Below, one piece after another: positions 1 through 9,650 of a stretch of 64,000 bases of DNA. The stretch is from the NCBI GenBank assembly GCA_050298595.1, contig JBNKUM010000101.1, positions 64,001-128,000 of the forward strand, read 5' to 3'. The DNA is from Gammaproteobacteria bacterium (GTDB lineage: Bacteria; Pseudomonadota; Gammaproteobacteria; GCA-001735895). Position 1 is the stretch's first letter; each line of letters opens with the position of its first letter. The translations under genes were made by a program, and so were the position numbers. A model generated the notes under the pieces. It was not told where the DNA came from. It did no database searches and saw only the letters and a list, made by a program, of their open reading frames with translations.

Positions 1-434
1 AACATATTTTTCAGGGCCTGTAGGCGTTGTTTATCGGCCTTCTGCACTTCTTTCAGAATTTCCGCTGAGTGTAGTGCCCAGCTACGTATGGCAAATTCGA
101 ACTTATCATCGAAGAGATCGCGATCCATCCAGCAGTCAAAGATATTCAGCGTCGCCTCGGTAATTGACTCAGAATAAGCCTCGGATTGCTTTACGATACT
201 GCCGGTATTTTTTTCCTTCCAGGATACTAATAAAGCGCTTAACAGTGCTTCTCTATCAGTAAAGAACCAGTAAAAACTGGTGCGTGACAGCTTGAGCTTT
301 TTTGCCAGGGTCGCGATTTTTACCGCCTCCACACCAGATTCCAGCAGAATCTCGATGGCTGCTTCAAACCAGACCTCAGGCGAACCACGCCAACCGGTTG
401 AATTTTTTAATGGTCTCTTCATTCTCTTGTTCAT
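1..434 (-). CDS. TetR family transcriptional regulator (3' end outside the window)
   Basis: Manual translation from ATG at 434: MNKRMKRPLKNSTGWRGSPEVWFEAAIEILLESGVEAVKIATLAKKLKLSRTSFYWFF, a TetR N-terminal HTH. Divergent from the flavoenzyme gene. Not in the ORF track. Confidence 0.88.
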   Translation of the reverse strand, partial: MNKRMKRPLKNSTGWRGSPEVWFEAAIEILLESGVEAVKIATLAKKLKLSRTSFYWFFTDREALLSALLVSWKEKNTGSIVKQSEAYSESITEATLNIFDCWMDRDLFDDKFEFAIRSWALHSAEILKEVQKADKQRLQALKNM

Positions 435-574
435 GCTTAATCCGTAACCAAATAGTATATAAGCGTCAACCAGGAGTACAGAAATGTATTTTAAATTGAC
501 ACCACTGTACACTATGTTTTAGGGTAAGCATAAATTGCCATTCAGGCAGGTCCTAACTAAATCGGAACGTAATC

Positions 575-2611
575 ATGTCTAGCGATCCTCTGTTACAACC
601 TTATCAGCTCAAGCACTTAAAGCTTCGAAACCGCATTATCGTCACCTCTCACGAACCGGCTTACCCGGAAGATGGTATGCCTAAGGGGCGTTACCGTGCT
701 TACCACGTTGAACGTGCAAAAGGGGGTATCGCCATGACCATGACCGCAGGTTCAGCCGCTGTGTCGAAAGACAGTCCGCCGGTGTTTAACAATCTGCTGG
801 TTTATAAAGATGAAGTCGTACCCTATATGAAGGATCTGACCGACGCGGTGCATGAACAGGGCGCTGCGATCATGATCCAGCTAACACATCTGGGGCGGCG
901 TACACGCTGGGACAAGAGTAACTGGTTGCCGGTGGTATCACCGTCTCACAACCGAGAGGCTGCGCACCGTGCCTTTCCGAAAAAGATGGAAGACTGGGAT
1001 ATCGAGCGCATTATTAAGGATTACGCTGACGCTGCTGAACGCATGCAGGCGGGCGGTATGGATGGTATCGAGCTGCAGGCCTATGGTCATCTTATGGATC
1101 AGTTCTGGTCACCTTTGACCAATGAGCTGGAAGGGCCCTATGGCGGTTCGCTGGATAATCGATTACGTTTTACCTTTGATGTGCTGACCGAAATCCGTAA
1201 ACGTGTCGGCCCCGATTTTATTGTGGGTCTGCGTTATACGGGTGACGAGATGCTTGAGCACGGCCTGAATCAGCAGGATGGGCTGGAAATTTCCCGACGC
1301 CTGAAAGAAAGTGGCATGGTCGATTTCCTCAATGTAGTACGTGGTCATATCGACACCGATGCTGCCTTAACCGACATCATTCCGATTCAGGGGATGGCCA
1401 ATAATCCGCATCTGGATTTCGCGGGTGAAATACGCGCTGCAGTGAATTTTCCGGTGTTTCATGCCGCGAAAATTCCGGATGTCGCGACCGCGCGTTATGC
1501 AATTGAATCAGGTAAGGTTGACCTGGTCGGGATGACACGTGCACATATCGCCGATCCGCATCTGGTGCGCAAGATTATGGAAAAGCGAGAGGAGGAAATT
1601 CGCCCTTGCGTTGGCGCAAACTACTGCCTGGATCGTATCTACCAGGGAGGTTCAGCCTACTGCATCCATAATGCGGCCACCGGCCGTGAAGAAACCATGC
1701 CGCATGAAATCCCTAAGGCAAGCGAGCGTAAAAAAGTCGTCATTGTCGGCGCTGGACCTGGCGGTCTGGAGGCCGCTCGGGTCGCGGGTGAACGTGGCCA
1801 CGATGTACTGGTTTTCGAAGCAGCAAAAGACCCGGGGGGGCAGGTGCGCCTGACTTCACAGAACGAACGCCGCAAGGAGATGATTTCCATCATCGATTGG
1901 CGCATGGCCCAGTGTGAGAAACTTGGCGTGCGTTTCGAGTTTTATACCTTTGCTGAAATGGATACTGTATTAGCTGAAAATGCCGATGTCGTTGTCATTG
2001 CCACCGGAGGACTACCGCATACCGAGGTACTGGCTAAAGGCAATGAGCATGTTATTTCTACCTGGGACATAATTTCCGGCGATGAAAAGCCGGGCAAAAA
2101 TGTACTGATTTTTGATGACGCCGGTGACCATGCTGGTTTGCAGGCGGCAGAAGTCATTGCAAAAAACGGTGGCAGAGTGGAAATTATGTCACCGGACCGC
2201 TCGTTTGCGCCGGAAGTTATGGGTATGAACCTGGTGCCTTATATGCGCTCGCTACAAAAGCTGGATACCATCTTCACCGTGACCTATCGTCTACATGCGG
2301 TTGAAAAGCAGGGCGCGGATTTAATCGCCCAAATAGGCAGTGATTATGGTGGTATCGAGCAGCAACGCGTTTACGATCAAATCATTGTCAACCACGGCGT
2401 GATTCCGCTCGATGACCTGTATTTCGAACTGAAACCCCAATCGTCAAACCATGGCGAGATATCACATGATCAACTGCTTGAAGGCCAGGTTCAGTCAGTC
2501 GTGCGTAATCCTGAAGGCAGCTTTCAATTGTTCCGTATCGGTGATGCCGTTGCCACACGCAACACCCATGCGGCGATCTACGACGCATTGCGCCTGATGA
2601 AGGATATCTAA
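575..2611 (+). CDS. NADH:flavin oxidoreductase (OYE barrel plus FAD/NAD domain), N-methylproline demethylase StcD/HpbA-like
   Basis: 678 aa. TSHEPAY, HGHL-type active-site region (AYGHL), YGGSLDNR, IRPCVGANYC Fe-S motif, GAGPGG dinucleotide motif. Resembles rhizobial StcD from recall. Confidence 0.8.
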   Translation: MSSDPLLQPYQLKHLKLRNRIIVTSHEPAYPEDGMPKGRYRAYHVERAKGGIAMTMTAGSAAVSKDSPPVFNNLLVYKDEVVPYMKDLTDAVHEQGAAIMIQLTHLGRRTRWDKSNWLPVVSPSHNREAAHRAFPKKMEDWDIERIIKDYADAAERMQAGGMDGIELQAYGHLMDQFWSPLTNELEGPYGGSLDNRLRFTFDVLTEIRKRVGPDFIVGLRYTGDEMLEHGLNQQDGLEISRRLKESGMVDFLNVVRGHIDTDAALTDIIPIQGMANNPHLDFAGEIRAAVNFPVFHAAKIPDVATARYAIESGKVDLVGMTRAHIADPHLVRKIMEKREEEIRPCVGANYCLDRIYQGGSAYCIHNAATGREETMPHEIPKASERKKVVIVGAGPGGLEAARVAGERGHDVLVFEAAKDPGGQVRLTSQNERRKEMISIIDWRMAQCEKLGVRFEFYTFAEMDTVLAENADVVVIATGGLPHTEVLAKGNEHVISTWDIISGDEKPGKNVLIFDDAGDHAGLQAAEVIAKNGGRVEIMSPDRSFAPEVMGMNLVPYMRSLQKLDTIFTVTYRLHAVEKQGADLIAQIGSDYGGIEQQRVYDQIIVNHGVIPLDDLYFELKPQSSNHGEISHDQLLEGQVQSVVRNPEGSFQLFRIGDAVATRNTHAAIYDALRLMKDI

Positions 2612-2680
2612 GCCAGTGGGGGCTCTATGAGTTATTTAGGTCCGATCCGGTATAAGCATGTTCAACTGCGGATTACAGGT

Positions 2681-4138
2681 TCAAACACGAGCTTCCCCCA
2701 ATAGTGGCGGAGGAACATAGCCGCCACAAATAGGCTCAATCATCGAACAGACTGACAGCAGCGATTCGTCCCGCCAACGCTTACCGATGAACTGGAAACC
2801 TACAGGCAAGCCATCTTCAATACCGGCGGGCAGAACCACCACCGGGTTGCCGGTCAATGAAAAGGGCGTCACCATGCTCACCGTAGCTTCTAGATAGGGA
2901 ACAGGACGATCATCAACGATCAGGGCTGGTGGTTTTCTGAAGCCGTCGAACCGGCAATGAGGATAGGCCACGATGGGTGCTACTGGGCAGAGCCAGGCAT
3001 CCCAGTCCCCAAGGAATTGTTCCAACTCGCCAATCAACTGCTCCCGCAGGTTGAGAGCCTCGTTGTAGCGATGCCAATCAAAGGATAGACCACGCAGAAA
3101 ATTGCGGGCGACAGGTTGCGAAGAGGGGGTGAACTTCCCTGCCAGGGAAAGCATCTTGCGCTGAAGCGTTGGCATACCCAGGCCAATTTCTGCACCGCCG
3201 ATGATGCCGTAAGCGTACCATGCACGTTCGAAATCGAAATTTGGCGGATGACAACGCTCAACCTCAACCCCGTGCCGCTTCAGATTTTCCACGGTACGGG
3301 TCAGTGCTTTGCGGGTACGTTGGCACAGTGGCAGGCCACAGAAGTCATCCCACCAGGCGATCCGCAAAGGGCGTTGAACTTCAGCGGGAGTAAGAACTGG
3401 CAAGGGCGGCACTTCACTGTCTACCCCATCCGGTCCAGCCATGATGTTTAACCCAAGTTGCAGATCATCAACGTACCGTGCCAGCAGTCCAAAGGAAAGC
3501 ATGTGGCGTACACTACGCGAACCCTCGGGTAGATGAGGAATGTGGCCGGTGCGGGGGATGCGGTTTTCCGTTGCCTTCAGCCCAGCTACGCCACAATAGG
3601 CGGCAGGGATGCGGATCGAGCCGCCGATGTCACTACAGGTATCCAGAAAGGAAAACCCCATGGCGACAGCCGCTGCACTGCCGCCGGAACTGCCTCCTGA
3701 GGTGAGAGACTGATTCCACGGATTATTGGTTGTCCCAAAAAGGGGACTCCAGCATTGAGGACTGGCTGCTAATTCCGGCAAGTTGGTTTTACCCAGAACA
3801 ATGGCCCCGACAGCCTTGAGCCGGGCCACCACGGTGGCATCCTTGGCCGGGACATGATTGCTCAGGGGGGGATGGCTGCTGGTGGTGCGCAACCCCGCCG
3901 TTTCAAAAGCATCCTTGATTGAAACGGGGATGCCGTGCAGTGGAGGTAGGTTTTCAGTTTTCCTCAAGGTGTCGGCCTGTTGTGCCGCTGCCAGAGCGCC
4001 TGCCTCGTCCAGGGTTACAACGGCATTAATTGCCGGATTATGTCGATTGATACTTGCCAGGCAGGATTCAACGATTTCTGTGGCGGAGATTTCGCCGCAG
4101 GCAATCTTTTTGGTGGTTTGGCGAGCGGAATCGTGCAT
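2681..4138 (-). CDS. amidase signature family protein
   Basis: GIPVSIKD, GGSSGGSAAAVA and SDIGGSIRIPA motifs. Start placed at MHDSARQ; the ORF extends to 4213. Confidence 0.9.
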   Translation of the reverse strand: MHDSARQTTKKIACGEISATEIVESCLASINRHNPAINAVVTLDEAGALAAAQQADTLRKTENLPPLHGIPVSIKDAFETAGLRTTSSHPPLSNHVPAKDATVVARLKAVGAIVLGKTNLPELAASPQCWSPLFGTTNNPWNQSLTSGGSSGGSAAAVAMGFSFLDTCSDIGGSIRIPAAYCGVAGLKATENRIPRTGHIPHLPEGSRSVRHMLSFGLLARYVDDLQLGLNIMAGPDGVDSEVPPLPVLTPAEVQRPLRIAWWDDFCGLPLCQRTRKALTRTVENLKRHGVEVERCHPPNFDFERAWYAYGIIGGAEIGLGMPTLQRKMLSLAGKFTPSSQPVARNFLRGLSFDWHRYNEALNLREQLIGELEQFLGDWDAWLCPVAPIVAYPHCRFDGFRKPPALIVDDRPVPYLEATVSMVTPFSLTGNPVVVLPAGIEDGLPVGFQFIGKRWRDESLLSVCSMIEPICGGYVPPPLLGEARV

Positions 4139-4667
4139 GTTAGTGAGTGCCCCTAACATTTTAATTATGTGAAAAGTAGAGGTGTTTAAAACCCTCAAAT
4201 TGAGTCCTGGCACGCAAATGTAAGTATTGATTTTCCTTGTCTATTTCCATTGTGTTCTCAATTTTTCCCTGAAAATTAATAGTTTAATTTGAGATATTGC
4301 TTCTTATACCATAGTTTTGATTTTGGAGAAATAACGCTATTTTCCACCTATCCCGCAAACTGCTAACTTCGGTGATCAAGGGGACAAGAGTACTTAATGC
4401 TTGAACCTGGATTCCGAAGTTGACCGCTCGCGTTAGAGGGTAACCCACTGTTTCGTAGACCATTACCATAGATTTATCTTTTCACGATCCTATGCATCGG
4501 CTCTTTGCACCGCAAAATACGAATGTCTGCTATCAAACCAAATCAGAACGATTTTCTGAAACTGTCAGATGTCTTCCGGGTTATGCAATGAGTTTAGCTT
4601 ACCCAGAATTCGGATGAATTTTGTCAAAGCTTTTCTGCTACTCAATTTTTCTGGTTGTTTACTCCAG

Positions 4668-5186
4668 TTATTTATGAGCTATCATTTCTTCAAGTTTGTT
4701 TACTGTATTTAGATTGCGCCCGGTAGAGCTAACACCCAAACAGTCTTCTATCGTTTTAACCAGCTTAGATCGACCTATGCCATCAGGCGCATGTAGATAG
4801 AATACTTTATCACTAATCTCATAGCGTTCCGTATCAGAAGCCAGCCGCTCCAGTTTGCTGGTATTCAATTTTGGGGTTTCCATACAAAAATAAAAATGTA
4901 CAAATTTTCCCTCGTATTCTTTATAGGGGTTATTCGCAACTGCTGACTTCAATTCTTCTTCAGATAGAATCAGTATCTCTGGAGTAAATCCAAATTCCCT
5001 GTGAATTAATTCCCCAATTACATTTTCAGGTCTCTCATTTGCCATTAATACAATGTTGCCACTTTGAATATAAGTTTTAACATTTTGAAAGCTATTGCTT
5101 TCTAACAGAGCCCTGAGTTCTTTCATTGGAAGTAAGTTTTTACCCCCAACATTTACGCCTCTTAATAAAATAATGTATGTTTTCAT
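4668..5186 (-). CDS. DUF1697 family protein
   Basis: MKTYIILLRGVNVGGKNLLPMKELR...TYIQSGN...TGRNLNTV family motifs. Start moved to ATG 5186. Confidence 0.85.
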   Translation of the reverse strand: MKTYIILLRGVNVGGKNLLPMKELRALLESNSFQNVKTYIQSGNIVLMANERPENVIGELIHREFGFTPEILILSEEELKSAVANNPYKEYEGKFVHFYFCMETPKLNTSKLERLASDTERYEISDKVFYLHAPDGIGRSKLVKTIEDCLGVSSTGRNLNTVNKLEEMIAHK

Positions 5187-5190
5187 GAAT

Positions 5191-5754
5191 TTATCTATTT
5201 TTGTTGTAAACCCCAAAATCCCAGTGTTTTGAACCTGGGCTTTTGGGGCCAGACCAGGTGTTTTTTCTAAGCTCATTTGCCAGCATTCGGTTGAACACAC
5301 CATGACCTACAAAGATGACCTTTTCAGATTCATTAGCCAATTCTATAAGTATTTTGGCAGCTTTAGCTGCTCTATTTTTTGCTTCACTAAATGATTCTGA
5401 GTTTTTTGAATAACCAAGTAACCAAAGAATTCTAAAAAATACAGACCAAAACTTGGGTGATAATTTCAAACTATGCCAGTTAGTGGAGGGAAGACCGGCT
5501 TCATTAAAAACTGAACTTGATAAAATCAATTTTTCAACATCTAGTGCGTTAGCTGAGTCGATAGATCGTTGTAGTTTACTACATACGATGGCTTTACTAT
5601 CTCTAGCGCAAGCCAATGCTTCAGGCGTTGGTTTTGATGACGCGGATAATGCAGCGGCATTATAATCCTGAATCCACATAGTGAAGGCTGAAGCACTCAA
5701 CTTGTGTAACGATGGGATATCAGGTTTTCCGTGTCTTAGCAGTGTGATTTCCAT
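5191..5754 (-). CDS. histidine phosphatase family protein
   Basis: N-terminal LLRHG, S-x-L-x-R and C-terminal VGHG motifs. Confidence 0.85.
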   Translation of the reverse strand: MEITLLRHGKPDIPSLHKLSASAFTMWIQDYNAAALSASSKPTPEALACARDSKAIVCSKLQRSIDSANALDVEKLILSSSVFNEAGLPSTNWHSLKLSPKFWSVFFRILWLLGYSKNSESFSEAKNRAAKAAKILIELANESEKVIFVGHGVFNRMLANELRKNTWSGPKSPGSKHWDFGVYNKNR

Positions 5755-5898
5755 TTTGTGTTTTTTATATGAGGTTTAAATATGAGGTGCTCAGAAGCTA
5801 GTAGTTTATCATTCTACGTATTTTGCATGCGACATATCCTTATGTTGGTATATCGCCACTAGGATATACTCACTAATGATGTTAGAAACAATGATGTT

Positions 5899-6177
5899 TT
5901 AGATCTCTGGAGCCTCCTCACCAAAGTTTTTATTTAGATGATAAAAAAGCCTGGGTAGATATAAACTTCCATTTGCAATAAGTAATGGGCTTTGTGGGTG
6001 TTTACCTGAGTGAGAACCAACATCTACACCTTGAATAGAGAATCCTTTATCAACACTCCAAACCAATGCCTTTTCAGCATGAGGCTTATCATAGTTTATT
6101 TGGTAACTAACCACCTGATCTTTATCTACCCATACCAAGACATCCATGCTTGAACCCTGAATCGGCGAGTTAGTCAA
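5899..6177 (-). CDS. hypothetical protein, probably a 5'-truncated fragment
   Basis: 92-aa ORF directly downstream of the truncated transposase; no family recognised. Confidence 0.3.
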   Translation of the reverse strand: MTNSPIQGSSMDVLVWVDKDQVVSYQINYDKPHAEKALVWSVDKGFSIQGVDVGSHSGKHPQSPLLIANGSLYLPRLFYHLNKNFGEEAPEI

Positions 6178-6252
6178 CTAGTTGCCAGAATTTAGCTAAT
6201 TTTTCCGATGCTAATCGATAACCCTCAAAATCAAGTTTACAAAACCTTGATA

Positions 6253-6950
6253 CTACATGTCTTCTACAAATTGATCGTAGCCTAAATAGATGTGATTGTT
6301 AGGTCTTACCCAGGAAGAGAGTTGATTGCGGCCTTCTGCAACAAAAGCCCGATAGTTAGTCTGTGCCTTACTGCGTGTTTTTCCCAGTATCGACAATAAC
6401 CAGTCTGTCGTTAAACAGGGATGAGTTTCAGTGTGGCCAGCGGTTGCACGATAACTACTCCAGGGCCATTCTTTTGCACTGCTTACCATTTGAGCCCTTA
6501 CCGGGTTAAGAACGATGTGGCGTGTTAATTCCAGTAAATGGCTTTCTGTTTCGACCTGTATGGCTTCATAAGGGACCTGAAAAACATATCCAAAGCGTTG
6601 ATTCATCTTGTTAAAAGATTGCGTGTAGGAGCCATTGAGATATTTCATTCCTTCAGACAGGCTTACTTTGCTGGCTTCAATTAGAAGGTGATAATGATTA
6701 TCCATCAGGCAATAGACGTGACAACACCAGTCATATCGACTGACAGCCTGACTTAGTAGATTAAGAAACCTTATTCGATTAGCATCATTTAGGAAAATGT
6801 CGCGCTGAGCGATACCACGTGAGGTGATATGGTATAAAGCACCCGGAAACTCAATTCGTAGAGGTCTGTCCATTTTCTTATCTTCTGACTTAAAAAATTA
6901 AGATAAGTGGTAAATCCAAAAACATGGCTAAATATGTAAATACTGGCCCT
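6253..6950 (-). pseudogene. RAYT-like Y1 HUH transposase, truncated, with degenerate left end
   Basis: ORF 6253-6873 is colinear with 57582-58427 but stops at residue 206 and has RHIVLNPVRA in place of RYIVLNPVRA. Upstream AGGGCCAGTATTTACATATT resembles the left end of the intact copy. Confidence 0.85.
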
Positions 6951-7001
6951 GATGTTCTGTAAATATCATTCATTACTTTCTTTCCATGTGATTTTTTATT
7001 T

Positions 7002-7340
7002 TCATTTTTGATCCAGTAAACTTGATTGCGTCAGACCATTTATTTTCTGAGAATGTTCAATAGCGTCTTCTACAGAGTTTCTACTTTGAGATATTTGGTC
7101 AACTAGAAAAAAGGAAGCAACATTTAAAAATATGACTGGCAATAATAAGGCGATAGGTATTTCTAACCACGCCATTGATCGGTTTTTTAGTAGCAATACT
7201 AAACAATATATAACCATAGCAATTGCTGTGATTAATAACGCAATCACGGCTAGAGACGAAATCAAAACTAATGGTAGTCTATAGGGATCAACCTGCGCGC
7301 TATCTAATAGCGAAATTGCAGTTGATATTAATAATAGCAA
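7002..7340 (-). CDS. hypothetical membrane protein
   Basis: Two to three hydrophobic helices; start uncertain. Confidence 0.5.
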   Translation of the reverse strand: MLLLISTAISLLDSAQVDPYRLPLVLISSLAVIALLITAIAMVIYCLVLLLKNRSMAWLEIPIALLLPVIFLNVASFFLVDQISQSRNSVEDAIEHSQKINGLTQSSLLDQK

Positions 7341-7469
7341 TCCCCAACCACAGGCAAAGACTATTATCGTTCCGTACCCTAGAGTATTTAATGTGCGGGT
7401 ATTAATTTGGTTATTCTCCTGATAGTTTATTTTGTGTTTAGCACAAAAAATGTGATCTGACTGTCACGA

Positions 7470-7685
7470 GGAGAGGGCTTATATTTGACACAATAAGATA
7501 TAAGTTTGACCCCATTATTAGTGCAACCACTACGAAGTATAATATTCACAGTAGAAATTTAGATGATAGTCAGCCATCTTACAATTAGTAAAACAGCGTA
7601 GGCAGGAAAACCATATAAGCTTTTTAGCGTACGATACTCATAGTTATCTCTACTATCTCCCTTGGTAAACCATAGCTATTCATTT
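7470..7685 (-). repeat. dispersed ~216-bp module, copy A
   Basis: Core ACTATGAGTATCGTACGCTAAAAAGCTTATAT...CTACGCTGTTTTACTAATTGTAAGATGGCTG...TCATCTAAATTT matches 54641-54857 and 56775-56997. Confidence 0.9.
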
Positions 7686-7845
7686 TTTTATATCTTAGTT
7701 CTTCAGAGGCAGAGCTTACCTTTGTATTTTGAATGTAAATATCGAAATAGCACAGCCTCATCAACATGCGGCTAAAAATCTATACTAATGTTTTTTAAAG
7801 AGAACCAAATCTAGATTTAGCTATATCCCGATATTAATCATAACT

Positions 7846-8724
7846 TCAACGATAACACCAGTATTTAACCTGCTGTTTTTTGAGAAAGGTCTCTGCTTTT
7901 TTCCCCTGTAACATGGCAAGCGTTGATAAAATTCCTGCCTCGGTACAGGTGGCTGCGGCTACCGTTATTGAACGTGGGCCATTCATTACTGGCCATCCGG
8001 TTTTTGGATTCAGGATGTGGCTGTAGCGAATGCCACCTTTCTGGATATAGCGATAAACATCTCCACTGGTAGCCAGTGCACCGTGGTTGAGTTTAATAAT
8101 TCCGGCAGCGTCGCCGGGTTTTAGAGGATTTTCAATCCCGGTAATCCAGGGCTGATTATTTTTCATAGGGGCATTGGCATGACAGTCACCACCAAAATTG
8201 ATCATCATGCTATTGTCGGTTTTTGTCATTAATAACTGCAACACGCGGTCAACGGCGTATTCTTTAGCAATACCGCCAAAATCAATCTGCATGCCCTGGG
8301 GCAGGGTGATTTCAGTTTCTGAGAATTTAACTTTTTTCCAGCCGATATGCTGCAGAATTTTATCAATCTGAGATTGCCTGGGAATTTCATTTTCACCATT
8401 AAAGTTCCATAGTAGTCTGAGTACGCCTGAGGTGATATCAAACAGTCCCTCGCTCAGCTGGTAGCAATTATCAGCAAACTGTAGCAGGCGGTAGGTCTCT
8501 TCATCGATACTGACGGGCTTGCCGTTATTGTGATGGATGCGGTAGATAATATTATCCGTACGATATCGACTGAATTTCTGTTCGATACGTAAGGCTTCCT
8601 GTTCAGCCTGAGCGATTAACTCGCGTGCGAGTTTTTCATCGTCTGTTTCAATCAGTACTTCGCAGGGACTGGCCATGCATTGAAAACGGCCATACCAGAT
8701 ATGTTCGCGTTGCGTAACAATCAT
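7846..8724 (-). CDS. apbE: FAD:protein FMN transferase (ApbE family)
   Basis: GLFDIT, IDFGGIAKEYAVD, ALATSGD and HILNPKTGWP motifs. Confidence 0.92.
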   Translation of the reverse strand: MIVTQREHIWYGRFQCMASPCEVLIETDDEKLARELIAQAEQEALRIEQKFSRYRTDNIIYRIHHNNGKPVSIDEETYRLLQFADNCYQLSEGLFDITSGVLRLLWNFNGENEIPRQSQIDKILQHIGWKKVKFSETEITLPQGMQIDFGGIAKEYAVDRVLQLLMTKTDNSMMINFGGDCHANAPMKNNQPWITGIENPLKPGDAAGIIKLNHGALATSGDVYRYIQKGGIRYSHILNPKTGWPVMNGPRSITVAAATCTEAGILSTLAMLQGKKAETFLKKQQVKYWCYR

Positions 8725-8751
8725 TGATCTATTAAGCGCCCACCTGGCGTG

Positions 8752-8928
8752 TTAAAACTTAAAGCTGTAGTTTACCTGAGCAATGACAGAGTTTACATCT
8801 GGAAACAGGTCCTGGACCGTGTTTCTGCTTAATTCACCCTGGCGATAGTCTGCACTGGCAAATTCTGGGGTAGGATTACTATAAGGAGCAGGTAGTAGCT
8901 GATAGTAATCCAGCTATCTTTTCGTCAT
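8752..8928 (-). pseudogene. DUF3570 outer-membrane protein remnant with internal deletions
   Basis: Frameshifted signal peptide (KIAGLLSATTCSL) joined to PEFASADYRQGEL and C-terminal DLFPDVNSVIAQVNYSFKF*. Position between DUF4266 and apbE fits. Confidence 0.65.
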
Positions 8929-9151
8929 TTAATTGCATCCGCTACCTCCACCTGCAAAACCCTGACCGCCGCTGGACGCTTCTTTAGTGAAATAAAGGTG
9001 TTCGTCGTGAGCCAAGTCTATAGTATCAGCCTCCATCAACATGTCATCTTTTGATAGCTGCCCACGTTCTCAGGACTTAAGCATCCTTTGATGAACAACC
9101 TGTGCCTGTCACGATGCCTAACATAAGGCTGAATATAAGCAGAGGTTTCAA
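8929..9151 (-). pseudogene. DUF4266 lipoprotein pseudogene
   Basis: MKPLLIFSLMLGIVTGTGCSS, then a frameshift, then KS*ERGQLSKDDM...HDEHLYFTKEASSGGQGFAGGGSGCN*. The family motif is PWERG...HIYFSKE...GGGCGCN. Confidence 0.75.
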
Positions 9152-9591
9152 AATAGTTCCTTAATTTCTGTTTCATATTCGGATACTTTTTTTTCATAGA
9201 AACCGATATGTTTCCTGGTGACCTTACCTTCTTTATTAATCAGGTAAGAGGTGGGCATACCTTCCAGTTCAAATTTTGCTGCAAGCTGGCCGTTGGGGTC
9301 GTGGAAGATATCAAAATCAGCGGGGACTTTTTTCAGGAAGTCATGCATATCTTTGCTTTGCTCATCAACATTTATAGTGACCACCTGGAACTTGTCGGCT
9401 GGAAATTTCTTTTGTAGTTGATTCATCCACGGAAAGGATTTCTGGCATGGCTTGCACCAGGAGGCCCAGAAGTCGAGGTAGAGCACCTTTCCCTGGTATT
9501 GATCCAGTTTGAAATCCTTGATGTCATAGACCTCTGCCTGAACAGAAGGAATAATCAGTGCCAATAGAAAAATCAGTTTTTTCATAATCAT
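9148..9591 (-). CDS. TlpA-like periplasmic thioredoxin / disulfide reductase
   Basis: Signal peptide, DFWASWCKPC and GMPTSYLI. Confidence 0.9.
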   Translation of the reverse strand: MIMKKLIFLLALIIPSVQAEVYDIKDFKLDQYQGKVLYLDFWASWCKPCQKSFPWMNQLQKKFPADKFQVVTINVDEQSKDMHDFLKKVPADFDIFHDPNGQLAAKFELEGMPTSYLINKEGKVTRKHIGFYEKKVSEYETEIKELF

Positions 9592-9617
9592 TATGCCTTG
9601 GTGAATTAATGATCTTG

Positions 9618-9650
9618 ATCGTACTTTAGTATTTGTTAATCCAACGTTAA
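9618..9650 (-). promoter_or_regulatory. putative OmpR-family direct-repeat box plus -10 of the tlpA operon
   Basis: TTAACGT-N4-TTAACAA followed by TACGAT, with the same geometry as 11605-11637. Confidence 0.45.

Noticed and set aside
9070-9072. In-frame TGA in the DUF4266 remnant as possible selenocysteine, given selD nearby
   Set aside because: It aligns with a conserved Trp (PWERG), not a Cys, and the gene also has a frameshift.
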